This document shows positions 42,369-56,348 of a stretch of DNA of 64,000 nt, piece after piece; the stretch's first letter is position 1; each line of letters opens with the position of its first letter. The DNA comes from Paramecium tetraurelia. Its lineage: Eukaryota. The stretch spans positions 124,001-188,000 of the forward strand of contig CT868374.1 in NCBI GenBank assembly GCA_000165425.1, read 5' to 3'. The translations under genes were made by a program, and so were the position numbers. The notes under the pieces were generated by a model that was given only the letters and a program-made list of their open reading frames with translations, made no database searches and was not told where the DNA came from.

Positions 42369-45300
42369 TCATTTCTAAAAATCACTTTGGCCAATTATAG
42401 AATCATCATTTTATCCTTACTAATTACCATAAAAGTAATATTTATTATTTTAAAATGATTGTTAAGTTTGAGGAACAACCTTTTCAAAATTAGTTATATC
42501 AGCTAAATTAGTTTTTTTCAACACAGATATATTAGCTGATGAAGTTGAAGTATTATTTGAATGAGTTGGACTTAACTTTTACAGACCAATAGCTAAAATA
42601 ATTAATACAAAAATTACTTGATACATTATTGATTGGATTTCTATATTTGTTACCAGTCATAATATTATTACTAGTCATATTATGTGCAGCAACACTTCTT
42701 CTCGTTGCTCTTTGTTCATTCTTCAATTTTTCATTATCTCTTAATAGTAGCTCTTCCTTTTTTCTTAATCTATCTAACTAATCAGTCAGTTCATTCTTTA
42801 TATTATTTAGATGATCTCTATCCAAATTCCACTTAGCTCTTTCTTTTTCAAATTCAAAAATCAAAGTAGATCTTTTACTCTCAACCTCTTTATACTTTGT
42901 TTCTAATTCAGTTATTTTTGCCTTTAAACTTTCCCTTTCCTACTCTAACATTCGTTGATAATCCAAAATCTTTTAATCTCTATCCTATTTAATGTTTTCT
43001 ATTTCTTATTATAATCTTTTCTCATTATCTAACATCTCTGCAAACTTCTTTTCTGACAACAATTAATTTCCAATCTTTCCATGTTAATCAATCAATATTT
43101 TATCTTTATGAGTCTTAACTTCTTTCTACAATCTTCTAATCTTATCTTCATAATCTTAAACTATGCGTTAATGAGTTTGGTTTGCTTCTTCTATCTAAGC
43201 TTGATATTTTCTTTCAACACTTAGCAATAACTCATTTAAATTATTTTCTTGCTCATCCTTTTCATTTGATCTAGCTCTTTATAAATGCATTAAAGTCATT
43301 TCAAATTTCTTTAAAGCATCTACTAAATCTTATTTAGCTTATTCTTTTTATTATTCCAAAAATTAGAATTTTCCTTCCCATAAGGCTTTGTCTCGTTCAT
43401 AACTAGTGTGAATTTCACTCTTATCCTATTCTAATTGCAAATTTAGTTATTTATATTTTTCTAATTCTTATTACAATTATTTTTTCTCCTAAACAATTTA
43501 TTCTCTCAATGAAGATTATTGTTATGCTATAGTTGCAGCCTCATCTTTTAACTTAGATTCCAATTCATTCTTTCTGGTTTCAAGATGACCTAACTTTTCA
43601 GTTAAAATAGCTTTCTCTCTTTCCAAAGTAGAAGCTTATTTGTTGTATTATTATTCAGCTTCTTTTAATTATTTTTTAATTTTTTCGTATTTGGTTTCAA
43701 TTGTAGTTTTCTCTTCTTATGCTCTTTCTAATTTTTATTCCAATTCAACCAAATATTCATTCTTTTATTATTTAAGCTTTTCATCAAATCTTGATTATTG
43801 TGTATCTATTTATCTTTGTAGATCTTCAATTTTCTTTTACAAGAATTCATTCTGCTATTATATTAATGCTGTTTCTCTTCCATATTCAATCTTCTTTTCC
43901 AAAAATTCATCATTCATTTTTTATAATCTTAATTTAGTTTCTTCTAATCTTTCTACTTATTCCTTCTTCTCTTCCTACCATTCTTTTCTTGATTATTCAA
44001 ATTATTATTCTTTTCTTGTTTTTTCATTTTCTAACAAATCTTTCTTTTATTATAAAGCCATATGTTCCTTCTATAAATTATTCAATTGACTCGATAAAAC
44101 ATCAATCTTTTATATTAAGCTCTTTCTTTCAGTTGTAAATGAGTTCATTTGTTATTCTAATGTTGCATTATTATTATTTTGAAGAGAGATTAATTATTCT
44201 TTAGTTTCTTTGATATGCTTCTCAAAAATTTCAATTGTTTATTACTTCAAAGCAATCTCATGATCATATTATTAAATTGTGTTTGTATATTATTAAACTT
44301 AATCTCTTAAGTCGTCCTTAAGATTTTCAATCTCTTCTTCATAATTTTGCTCAGTCTCCCTAAGTTTATGATAGAATTCCTCCTAAGCTGCTTAGAACTT
44401 TTTTTCACTCTTTTCTTTCTCTTCACAGATTCTTCTTTCTAGTCTTTCCCTTTCGATTTCATAGAAATTCTTCAATTAAGTTAGAGATTCCTCAGCTTTA
44501 GCCTAAGCTTGATTAACTTCCTTTGCAATTTTGGCATCAGCTTCATCAATAGCTTATTCCAATTACTTAATTTTCTTCTAGTATCTGAGTTCCTGTTCTT
44601 TCAAAATTTATAACTTTTATCCATCCAACATTTTATTCTATTCTAACAATTTGTTTCTTTATTCCTCAGTAGTTTATAATTGTTCTTTCAAATTTTCTAA
44701 TTCCTTTATCAAATCTCCAGTCTCAAACTTAACTTTTAATTCTAACTCATTATTCTTTTCATTCAATTGATCAATCTATTGCTACAACCTTTTCTTTGTA
44801 TTTTCATATTCATTATCGATATTCTTTAATTCTCTTTTATGTTATTCCCGTAATTCATTCATTTTAGCGGCATCAATTTTATATGTAGACTCATTGCTTG
44901 AATTCTCAAATGCCTTCATTATAGCTTCATGAGATTTCTTATTCTCTTCTATTTACTTTTTATACTCATCTAATTGAACTTCCATGAATTCCATCTTTTA
45001 TTGCATCAAAGCCTTATCTTTCTCACTCTAACTTCGAGTCTATTTTAATTAGTCATCTTTAGATTTAATTAAATCTTCTAAATTTTAAACTTTCTCAATC
45101 ATCTCATTCACTTAATTATTGGCATCATTCTTTAACATTAATTGAACTTATTCTTCATTTCTTCTGTACTCCCTTAACTCTCTTGTCAATGCTTAGATTT
45201 ATTCATTTAATTCTAAATTTTATTTTGTTAGAGTTCTTTCCTTATGTTCAAATTTCTTAAAATCATTTTCAAAGTTAGTTTCCTTTTCAATAAGTTCATT

Positions 45301-47354
45301 CTCCATCTCATTCAACTTCTCTTGCATATCATTCAGTTTCTATTGTAATTGACGAACTGATTAATCAGCCTTACTTTACTAATCTTTTGATTGTAATGAA
45401 TATTCTTTTCTTAAATTTTTTATTTCATTTTAATAATCTATTTCTTTAGCATTCATTTCGTTTACTAATTTTTCAAAAAATGTAATCTTTTATTCTAACA
45501 AAGCTCTCTCCTTTTCAAATTCAGAATTGCCGAATAGTGTTGTTCTTTCTAGATCCTTATTAAATTCTTCAGCTTTCAACACTTAGCCTTTTAATTCTTA
45601 AATTTGTCTCATTAAATCGTTTTTCTCATTTTCAGACTCTAGTTTTAGATCTCTCTCCACTTAATCCTTTTATATTTTAAGTTCCTCCAAATTATCTCTA
45701 GCAACTTATTCTCTCAATTCAATATCAGTCTTCTCACTCTCAATCTAAGCTAATTTCATGAGGAGGTTATTCTTATCTTTTAAGCCATCTTATCTGGCTT
45801 CTTTCAATTCTTGTTCTAATTTCTTTTAAGTTTCTTAAGCCACATTCTTCATCATTTCAGTTTCTTAAGAATATTATCTAATAAACAAATTAGATCCTTC
45901 AATTAAGGCTCTCTAAAGGAATTCTAAGATAATTTAGTTTCTGGTTCCAACTCTTGGGCCATTTTCAATAAAGAAATTATAAAACATCTTGATATCCTTC
46001 TCGTACTCACCAAAAGATCGATACTCACCTAATTTTAGTTTTCTATCTATGGGTTAGAATTCTTGTTAAATAAATTAAGAACACATTCTTGAACCCTCTC
46101 TATCATTTTCTTATTTGACTGCTGCAAATCTATTTTTAATTCGCTTTGATAACTCATTCTTAAACTCCTCGTATTCTCCAACACATTTTTTCTTGAATAA
46201 TGCAAATGCTTATTCCTTTAAACTTCTATTGAAGGTTTTCAAGTCCTCATTGGAAATTGGAAATCTATTGTGAAGGTTTTCCTTTAAGATTTATTCATAG
46301 GTTTCAAATGCCTCTGCAACAGCCTTTTGACATTCATTTTTGCAAATATAGGTCCATGCGGATTCAATAGCTGGCACAGCTCCATTGTTGATTGCTGTGA
46401 CATAAGACTTAACTAAATCACAATACATTTAGCCAGAGAGAGTCTTGCCATTCATAGTCTTTGGTCTAATTCTATTCAATATCTTCTTTCTTAAATTTAT
46501 GACCTATTCAAAGAATTCAGGTCTCAACTTATCAAATTCTAAGTTCTCTAGATTTTAGAGACTGCTTTCCTTTGTCAAAGGTCGCACTAAGGTAATACAA
46601 TCTCTATCTTTGAAAAATGTAGAAAGTAATTTTCTAATTTTATTTTTTTAATCAATTCCATCTGAGGAGCCTTTTTATAAAGTTAATGCATTATCTAAAT
46701 AATCTTTGGAAGTTATTTGTTCGTTGTTTCGATCAACTAATTGGAGAGTGAAATCTCGTACAACCCAATAGAATTGAGGGAAGTATTAGGACAAATCTTC
46801 GAGATCTGTGGTTGATTACCCACTAAATTTATGAAACACATATGTACCTTTTGAGTTGAATGTTTTTGGTTAGGTTAACTACTAAACTCAAGTTTTGAAG
46901 GGCATTTTCATCGATGCTGCCAACTGAATTATAAATAAAGCAGGAAGTTAAAAGTATGGTCAATGAAAATATTCTGATATCATGCGTAGAATCCTCATCG
47001 GGAGCCCCAAGTCCTTCACTATCAACAACCAAAATTGAGCAGCTTTCTCCATCACTTGTTTATCCAAGGAGTGGTTTACCCCACATCCAGAGCCCTTTTG
47101 TACATGGCAACACAGTGGGGCCTACTCCAAAACCATCAGATCTATTCAGCAACATTCTATTCAACAGATACGATTTTCCTGTTCTGTACATCCCAGCAAC
47201 GCCTACAATTCCTATGGGTGCTGGGATATTTTTAATAATCTCAATAGCTTCAGGATTAACTTGGTAAGCTTTTGGTAGTAGAGTAAAATTTACTTTAAGT
47301 TTCCTATTGATAAAAAATTAAAGGCATCGCTTCTTCTCGGAAGGATTTCTTCAT
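42369..47354 (-). CDS. guanylate-binding protein (GBP/atlastin-type GTPase) with very long coiled coil
   Basis: VGVAGMYRTGKSYLLN; GFGVGPTVLPCTKGLWMW; VDSEGL; FYWVVRDFTL; then over 1000 aa of E/K/Q heptads. Confidence 0.9.
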
Positions 47355-47754
47355 GTTTTGTTAAATTTGAATTTGAAATTAATGAAATTATACACTCAAT
47401 TGTTAACTGCTATATAAATATTGATATGAGAGATTTTAATCGTTTTGAATGGTTTGGACAACAAATGCATTTAGTATGTATCAATTAGTAATTATTTAGC
47501 GAGATAGGTGAGTTGAGTGCAATTGGTAGAAGTATATTTAAGTTTGAGATTGATAGTCTCAATTAATGTATATAATCTATGTAGAAGGATATTGAAAAAT
47601 AAGTCACTATAGTTTATGATGTGATAATATAGTCTATGAATTCTGAGAAATACTAATCGTAAAATAATTTTATTGAGTCATCATTAAAAAATGTTACATG
47701 TCATGATTTAATATAAATATTAGAAATCGTCATTGAGAAATTAATAAATAAATA

Positions 47755-49179
47755 ATGTATAATCCATAAGACTAATTAAGAAAAGCTTTAAAGAGATATA
47801 ATAATGGGGATAAGTAGAACAATAACCGCAATTGTAGGTCTCAATAATTCCAACACCCGCAAGTACCGAAAGGAATGTTAAGTATGAACAGTACTCAAAA
47901 ATCAGAAAGAAATGCCAAATTAAGCGATACAGGTATTTGAAAATGTTATTTTTAGATACAACTGATGTAACCCATTATAATTTGAATTTTTCATAACCAA
48001 TTTAGTGTTGTTATTAAGTAGAACATTTAGACCTAAATTTCTTTAAAATTCAACCTTGCAAAATCCCTGGTAATCATAGTCACAAGCATTGTCCTTTTTA
48101 TCACAATACTAAGGACCGAAAGAGGTACTATTTGGAGCATAAAATTAGAATTAATGTCTAGTATTCAGCTGAGTTATGTACCTTCATAGAAAATAATCAA
48201 CAATGTCCATATGCGGATAACTGCAACAAAGCCCACAACAGAGTAGAGTAACTGTATAGACCCGATAATTACAAGACAAAATTCTGTTCCTACTATCCTC
48301 ATAATATTTCTTAATGTGATTATGGAAAATTTTGCTCTTTCGCACATTCTGAAACAGATATTGTTATAGAATTAATCCATAACCTTGAATATGACGATGA
48401 TTTCTTTATGTTCTATTACAAAACTGTTTGGTGTCCTTTCAACCTTACACAGCACGATAAGGCACTTTGTGTTTATGCTCATAATTGGCAAGACTTTAGA
48501 AGGAAGCATCAAATATATTAATATCATCCGATTCCATGTCCAAGTTGGAACACAGCTGAATACATTTTAGAATACTATAATGGATGTTAAGATGGTTTCA
48601 ATTGTGGAAAATGTCATGGCTGGAAAGAATTAGAATATCATCCAATGTTATTTAGAACAAAATAATGTATAAATTAAAACTGTTCAAAAACTGATTGTTC
48701 ATTTTATCATAACAATTAAGAAAAAAGGTATACAACCAAATTAACTTAATAGATAGATTGACCAATTGTCATAATATAGAGTGTTTAAAATAGTTCCTAG
48801 AAATCGAATAGTTTAAAACACATTTAAAGTGAGAGATTAAAGCCTTTTAACTTCATAACGAAATGGTAGTACCACTCTTAGTAACTAGAAACTATGTAGT
48901 AGCAGTGATCAGCATTGGCTTGGACATAACTTACAAAATAGTTTTTAGTATGATTAGGATTCTGATGAAGGGAAATAAAATACGAAAGGATAGAATTACT
49001 AGACTACTTTAATTTCAATTCAAGAAAGAACAGGTAGATATATTAAGTGATTTTTAGATTCAGACGAATTGAAGGATTTAATGAAAAAGAAATCGAATTC
49101 AGTGGCAGATGATAAGTAAAATAATGATGACAATGAACATGTTAGAACAGTTTTGAAAATGATTGACATGGATCAATGA
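47755..49179 (+). CDS. Unkempt-like tandem CCCH zinc-finger protein
   Basis: FKIQPC...HKHCPFYH..KDRKR; AHNRVEQLYRP..YKTKFC; YKTVWC..HDKALCVYAHNWQDFRR; CHGWKELEYHP. Confidence 0.88.
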
Positions 49180-49244
49180 ATAATATTTTTATTTAATTCA
49201 AGAACTCCCTCTTATAAATAAATAATTAAAAATATTTGAATTGA

Positions 49245-51329
49245 ATGTAAGGTAATCAAGGTTCTTAGAAAAAAGATATTGAAATTGGTTCCTGTCCATT
49301 TTCTGATGCAATGAAACCACCAAAAGGCCATGAAAAATATACTGATAAATCAAAGTGTCCGTTCCAACAAATGCAGCAATAACCTGAAATCAAAATAACA
49401 GACGGCAGTGCTGAGAAGAAGAAAGAAAAGAAGGAAAAGCAACCTAAAGGTGGATGTCCTTTTATGTCAAGTGAAAAAAAAAGAAATCCGCCTCTTGCTC
49501 ATCTTGAAGAATAATACGACACCTATTATATCAGTCCGCTCAATTATCTTCTAGATACTAGAGGATTATGGATGCTTGCTTTCGATTCTAAAGAAGTTAA
49601 AAAAGGTAAGAGTTCATAACAATTGTCTATATAGGTCCAATCAAAGACAGAAGAAAATTATTCGATTCTTATCCTATTTATTTGAAAAGCACCTTATTTC
49701 ATGACGACGAAAATACTAAAAAGTTGAGATAATGCGAAGTTGCTTAAAGATTTTTTGTTTATGACAAGTTTAGAGAAAAGGGTAATTAATATTTTTATTT
49801 CTAAAGGCAACAAATTATTATAAAAATAAGAGTACGAAGAAGCAATTCGATACTATGAAAGAGCACTAGGTTGCTTTAGATATTTGGAAGTAGTAGAACC
49901 ACCTGAAGTGGACAGCGAAGAAGAAGACACTACATAAGACACAACTAATTTGACTGAAAAAGAAAAAAAGGAGTTTGAAGACATGAAAACATCTGCTAAA
50001 CAATACAGAAAAGAATAAAAAGAGTTCAAAAAATAATATAAATCATTGATGACAATATACACAGATGAAAATGTTAAATATAGAGGAGTTGAACATATTG
50101 AAGTATTAAATCTATACATAAATTAAGGATGAAGCTGATAAGGAGATGTGCAATTCTATTATGTATGGTCTATACTTAAACATGTCTGTCTGTTATATGA
50201 GAATGTCCCACTTTGATTTAGCTAGAAAGATCTTAGATGATGCTGGTCAAATTTAAAAAGAAAATTCTTAATATCTTTTCAGGTATTCTCAAGCCATTCT
50301 TTATGATAAATGGTCTACATATAAGGACTTAATCAGAGCAAAGGAATTGATTGAAAAAGCCATCAATTTATCTAATGTTGAAAATATCTTCAAATAAGGT
50401 CCAGGAATACTTAAACTAATGGGTTTGGAAAATGCAAAAGAAATTTATGTTGAACATGCTCACAAAGTCATGGAATCCTTAAAAAAGAAGAAATAGTGGG
50501 TCATTGATTTGATTGACCCTGTGTTCTAAAGAGCCAAAGAAATAGATGAAATCGAATAAGAAATGATTGAAGATGGCAAAGTACCGTATGAAGAAGGTGT
50601 TACAGATGTTATTGATCCTGAAGATATGATTCAGTAGTAATGCGAAACATAGAAATAATTTTTGTATCGATTATGCATGCCTTAACTAACTCAAGAACAT
50701 TAGGAATACGAGATTGTTAAAGAGATGGTCAACAAATATTATAGAATCATTGAGTTCTATGCAGTATTACTTTCAATCTATTTGTTAGGAATAAAAGAAG
50801 TATGATTAAGTTAAGATTGCGAAATCTGAACTATAAAGGTTATTAGAAACTGTCCAAACTATGTCATTTTTTATGAATTTAGATTTCATTGATTATGATA
50901 ATGACGAATAACTCTAAGAATTGGCTTAAAAATATTAAATCAATTTCTCTGATAAGAAATATATTAGAAGATTTATTCGAATTTGTAGGGAATAAGTTAC
51001 TGAACTCTTTGGATAAGGCAAATTCAACTTTGAAGTATTAATGAATATATCTCTAAGGTATTTGAATATGCTATGAATGATTACTTTAAAAAGAAGAGAG
51101 AACAAGAAGAAAGAGATAAAGAAGAATATTTAAAATAACATCCTGAACCAGTTAAACCAAACTAGTAACCTTCCTTTTTAAAGAAAACTCTTTTCTCATC
51201 CGAATTTTGGATGCAAGTAAATCTTATAAATCTATTTAGATGTTTGTTTTGTTATTAGTTATGGCAGGAATGTACTACTTTAATAGTAATACAGGTTTCG
51301 TTGGTAAATTATTTTCCCTTAAAAAATGA
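49245..51329 (+). CDS. TPR protein with three N-terminal CPF motifs and a C-terminal transmembrane anchor
   Basis: SCPF, KCPF, GCPF; REKGN..YEEAIRYYERAL; YLNMSVCYMRMSHF; terminal hydrophobic helix then SLKK*. Confidence 0.8.
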
Positions 51330-51389
51330 TGGCATACTCAAAAATGAATAACAGACCACATCATATTTTTATTTTCATAAAAATATATA

Positions 51390-51988
51390 CAAATTCATAA
51401 ATGTTCTTCCCATTATTTTAAAAAATCTACTAACATCTTGGTTGTGTTTATTCTAGAGTTTATCTATTAAGTTCTTTATATTTTTTCAGATTTAGAATAT
51501 TATTTTTATTAAACTTTAAGGTAGTTAATAATGAATGAAAAAGGATTTCATAATTAAATCAAACCTTGAATACTTCACCCAATTTTTTGTAATATTAGAA
51601 TCCTTAATATTTTGGTCTTTCAAATCAAAATAGACTTTTCTGCATCCACTCTCAGAGCCTTTGTTAAATCCTTACAATCGATTTTATCAATAAATGGCGT
51701 ATATCTTACAGTCACAATTAAAGTTAATAGAGAATATTAGTTATAGCTAAATGTTTAAACAAAATGAATACCATATTTTTTAGCTATGTTACCACCTAAT
51801 ATTGGATGATTGAAATCTACTTTAATAAACTATTCATCCCATTCTTTAACTCTAGATTCAATAACAGAAAATTATCTATTTAAATTTGAGAACTTTTTTC
51901 ATTCTTCACTTAAATTATTAATTATCTATATACTCTTCCGACAAGCTGATGCTCCTAGGATAATTGTTTTTAATCCAGTTTAATCCAT
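51390..51988 (-). pseudogene. possible decayed small-GTPase-like gene
   Basis: LKTIILGASA.RK resembles a broken P-loop; multiple TGAs downstream. Confidence 0.3.
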
Positions 51989-52406
51989 GATTATATAAAA
52001 TATTAAATCTGAATTTATTATTTCTTATAAAGATTCAAATTGTTGAAAAAATAGTAAATTTTCATCATTCAAAATATGAGAATCTATTGTATTTTGTGAT
52101 GTCTAAAAGAGCATTTATTCGAATTATTGATCAAAACATCATAAAGAGGGATACCTTATGGAACAATGAGAAATTAGGATTTTTCATCATTAATTCTATA
52201 GTAAGTGTATTCAATATTCTAATGTAATAAAAAAGTAAAATATTTAAAAATTATTTATTATTTTATTATAAATTAATTAATGCATCATATATAGAATGAT
52301 ATTATTAACCAATTATCTATTATTATTATATATAAAGGAAAAAATTAACTTTGTAAGATTCTCATATATTTATTTTGAAAATTAATTGAATTACAATCAT
52401 ATAATA

Positions 52407-53400
52407 ATGGTTAAGTTTGTTTAAATACTAAGTCTGAAGAATATGTTATCAAAGCTCAATACTTGCAAAGAGACGCTGCTTCGATAAACTTCATTCTTAG
52501 CTTCCTCTCTAAATAAAAATTAGTGTCTCAATCAAATTCACTCACAAGAATTGCAAATACAACACAATAATGAAATTCTTTAAATGCTTGAGTAAAAGCA
52601 TAAAAGTTTAAAGTCAGAATCAGAAGCTGAGTACTTCTAAATTATGGAATCAACATTTAAACTTTTAGATTAGTAGCTCTAACTAATAAAATAAAGTATG
52701 ATAGATGTTTAATATTTTAGTTATGAAAAAGTAAAATAACAGAAATTAAATAAAATATTCTTCATTAAGATAAAAGCTTCTAGAAAAAGCTGCCAACCAC
52801 TTTTACGAAATTTGGTAATTTGATTCTGACAATATAGCCTATCTGTAAAAATACTTGGAAGTATATTTATTTATCTATTGTAGATTGTTAAATCTTATAA
52901 AGGAACTTTCAGTGATCAATACCTAGAGGGACTATGCAAATACGCATAACACACTCAAGATTACTAAGAACTGGAATAAGTTTATAGTCAAATTGAAAAG
53001 AATGTTTTTTCAGAAACACAAAAAATATGTGCTATGACTCTTTTTGTACACACACAAGATGAAGTCTACTATGAACATTTCATTTTAAATGAATCCATTT
53101 GTTAGGATTAATCATTTGAAATTAGAGTAATTATTTTAATTATCATCGAAGTTTCATCTTTTTGCCACTCAATACTTCTAACGATAGAATTGTCATCATA
53201 CAACAAAGTATCACAGATAATAATGTGAATTTATGTCATCCGAACATTAGAGATCTATTGCTTAAAGCAACTTAGAACTTTAATTGTCATTCATGTAGAA
53301 CAAAAGCAAATACTAATTGTGATTTTGTAAACAAAATTATGTATTTATTATAAATCTAACAAATCATACTTGTTTCCTCCACAAACCATATTGCAACCAT
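52407..53400 (+). CDS. hypothetical protein (3' end approximate)
   Basis: MVKFVQILSLKNML..., coiled-coil N-half, tiny introns near 52861 and 53128. Confidence 0.5.
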
Positions 53401-53530
53401 TAATTTGTATTATTAAATTAATGTGAAATTATTTAAAAAATAATTTTAATTAAATTCACTTGACTTTTACTCTATTATTTTGACTTATTCTTCCTCTCTA
53501 GTAGAAATTAAGGGATAATTTAAGAGATAT

Positions 53531-53971
53531 TCAAGAAGGTTTTTACTAGGTTTGAGTTTAATAATTTTTCTAAGAACTCCTTGGATTGATTGATTATGCA
53601 TACATCAATAAGTTTGATTTTAATTCTGAATTTAACACTTGAAAATATAATTTGAGGCTTAGATTTGTAAATTCAGGATAACCATTTGATTTAATGGCTT
53701 TTTTACTAATCATGCCTTCAATAGTTTCTACCATCTGTTGAAAGAGATTATTATAATTAGAATTATATTTTATTTGTTTTTCCAACCAACTTCTTAATTT
53801 AGACTTATTGTTATTACTAGTTTTTGTAGGCTTTAACTTCTTCTTATAAAAATCATAAATTGGGAAGTTTTCAATCAAAATGTTTATATCATAAATTTAA
53901 AAGTGAACATTTATTAATTGTTTTCTTATAATATTATTATCATTTCGATATTGTACATACAAATAAATCAT
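53531..53971 (-). CDS. small hypothetical protein
   Basis: 147-codon open frame containing the ORF-track segment 53594-53878. Confidence 0.4.
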
Positions 53972-54361
53972 TATATAAATACTTATTTAATTAATGCTAC
54001 AACTCTTTTTAGCTCTAATATTAAATATATGTTATTATCAGAAATACTTTGATTAAATCCAATACATAATTATATAATTATGAGGCTCAACTTAATTAAT
54101 TTCTAGAAGTCAGGATGTTGGAATAATATTTCATATAGATTTAATAATAGTTTAACCCTTTATTCTCATTTGAAAATTCATAATACAAACCAATAAGTTT
54201 AATAGAATAATGAATCTTTCATAATAAAAAGTAAATATATCTAAATGTAAATTTTAGAATATAATTTCAATATATATTGCATCAAAAAATTGAGACTATC
54301 TGTTTATAGGGAATGCAGAAATGAAAAAGGATTCCATAAATATAAATACAAATCTAAATAA

Positions 54362-54820
54362 TCAATACATAATTCTAGATGGATTTGTCACTAATAGTTT
54401 AAAGTCCTTAAAGAATCCCTCTTCTGCTAGCCTTTCGTTTGTAGAACCAATCAGTTTGATTTAATTTGTTTATATGTGCACTCCTTTGTGGATTATGATT
54501 CTAATATATCTGCATGGGAGAGCTGATAATTTAATTCTTCTTTATTTATGTTAAGGGAAGAATTCCTTATTGTGAACTGATATAAAAGGACCATTTTTGA
54601 ATTCACTTACAAAGACTGAGATTTCACATCCATATTTCAGATTTTCAATGAGTAGATATCTTACATTGCACATCTCACCTAAATCTAAAAGCATTTATTG
54701 AGGTGAGAAATCAGATTTTTGGAGAGATTGGTTTCTGGAGTAGTGAGTCAATTAATTTATACCATATTGTTAAATAGGTACAGTACTAAAGGGAAGGTTG
54801 GTTTCAAAAAGAGAGTCCAT
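54362..54820 (-). CDS. hypothetical protein with galactose-binding-like (F5/8C-type) beta-sandwich
   Basis: PQQMLLDLG..CNVRYLLIEN...EISVFVS...PCRYIRIII pattern; 152 aa uninterrupted. Confidence 0.6.
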
Positions 54821-54840
54821 TCAGTTAATAAATTAAATAA

Positions 54841-55455
54841 TCAGAAAATTGCTAATTTTAAGTTGGCTCTATTTATAATAATAGTAATCTAAAATTCGTT
54901 TGGAGAGAATACTGTTACATTTTCTAGGTATACCAGGATATTCTCTTTTTTTTGTATTTTCTTGACAGGATCGTAAATCTGAGGATTGAGATCATCAAGT
55001 TCTTCAGTGAATATATCAGACAGTATTGAAGCTTAGCATGACCCACTTTGATCTTTCAATGTTATTTCAGTGGTATCTCCGAATTCTTCGATATCATGTA
55101 TTTCGCATATGAGTGCATCGATTTTTTGATTTCTGTATTCATAAATTTTAGACAGAAAAAATGAGTTCAAGGGATAAGGTAATTTTGATCTTTCTTAATT
55201 AAAATTATTGATTTGATTAGTATGGTTCAAATGTTGCAGCATAAGATTCCAGAGTGATGTTTTGGCATCACCCTTATTTTGTTTTAACTTTGGAGTGGAA
55301 ATGAATTGAAATTAACTCTTGAGTTCAATAGGTTTGAATGTAGTCTATAATTTTTTGCTTGATGATTTTTCTTTAGGAGGCTCTGGTTTCAAATTCTGTG
55401 TGATAAAGGAATCAAAATTTCCATCATCATCATCATTTGAAAAAAGAAAATTCAT
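54841..55455 (-). CDS. HROB/MCM8IP-like OB-fold protein (204 aa)
   Basis: ITLKDQSGSCQASI...ILVYLENVTVFSP...IIINRANL matches the HROB OB-fold pattern (KDPTG...LLLKQIGVFSP...LNVT..NL). Confidence 0.62.
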
Positions 55456-55569
55456 AATTTAATTGATTGCTTTATTGTACTATAAAATGTAAATAGATTT
55501 CATTTTTTAGCTTATTTAAAAGTCAAGTCTTCGTTATTTGAGTTAAGCATCACTTCTAAGAAGTCCTGA

Positions 55570-55700
55570 TCATCTTTCTTAGTCTTCTGTATTTATGGAA
55601 CCGTCTTTCTGCTTTAAGAATAGGTTTTTTAGCTCTTCCTCCACCAGATATCATACCAACAGTGGCTCTGGGTAGTGAAGTCAACGTTATCTTTTCTATT
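55570..55700 (-). pseudogene. RPL8: fragment of 60S ribosomal protein uL2 (RPL8)
   Basis: RATVGMISGGGRAKKPILKAERRFHKYRRLRK; flanks lack the rest of uL2. Confidence 0.72.
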
Positions 55701-56348
55701 TTTCACCAGCTCAGATTTATTTCCTTTTTCAAGAAATTTTATATATTTATTTTAGTTGAATAACTTATTATGTTGTTATTCCAATCTCATATATCTTTAT
55801 TCTAATAATGCATACCTTCTATTTGATTCTTTATACTAAGAGACTTAAAAAGCTACCACTTAAATATAAATCATTGGCAAAATTTTAAGAATTCTTAAGA
55901 GTTTGCTTATATTTCTAAATACTGTTTAATCATTATTACAGCATTTGAGAATTTGGACATTTATAAGTATCATGAGAGATCCAATCTAAAAAATATTGCA
56001 ATAACTTTATATTTCTTATTAACCTATTCCATTACATTTCCTCCTAAAATTTTATGTATTTTTCCTATTCTATTATCTGATAACTCTTTTATTCTCTTCA
56101 AATGTAGTTAATTGATGTATTGATTTCCTAAATATTTTTGTTAATGCAGACTTGAAACAACTATTCTTATTATGTAATATTGTTATTATCAGCCCATTTA
56201 CTCTTGAAAATTTAGTTTTTTGAATTCCTTTTTTAAAAGGACGTTGTAAGTTTTCATTTTATAATCATCTTACGTTTATCCATAATCAAGAAGCTCAAGT
56301 TCGCTGTAGATCAATTTTATCTAATAAATTCCATTATAATTAAATTAA

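Noticed and set aside
43640..44089. Hydrophobic 149-aa + strand ORF
   Set aside because: Antisense to the GBP coiled coil; the same applies to many other track ORFs (e.g. 3530, 29767, 46956, 56616)
47426..47750. Open frames on both strands between the GBP and CCCH genes
   Set aside because: With only one stop codon such frames arise by chance; no motif, and both flanking genes have good starts
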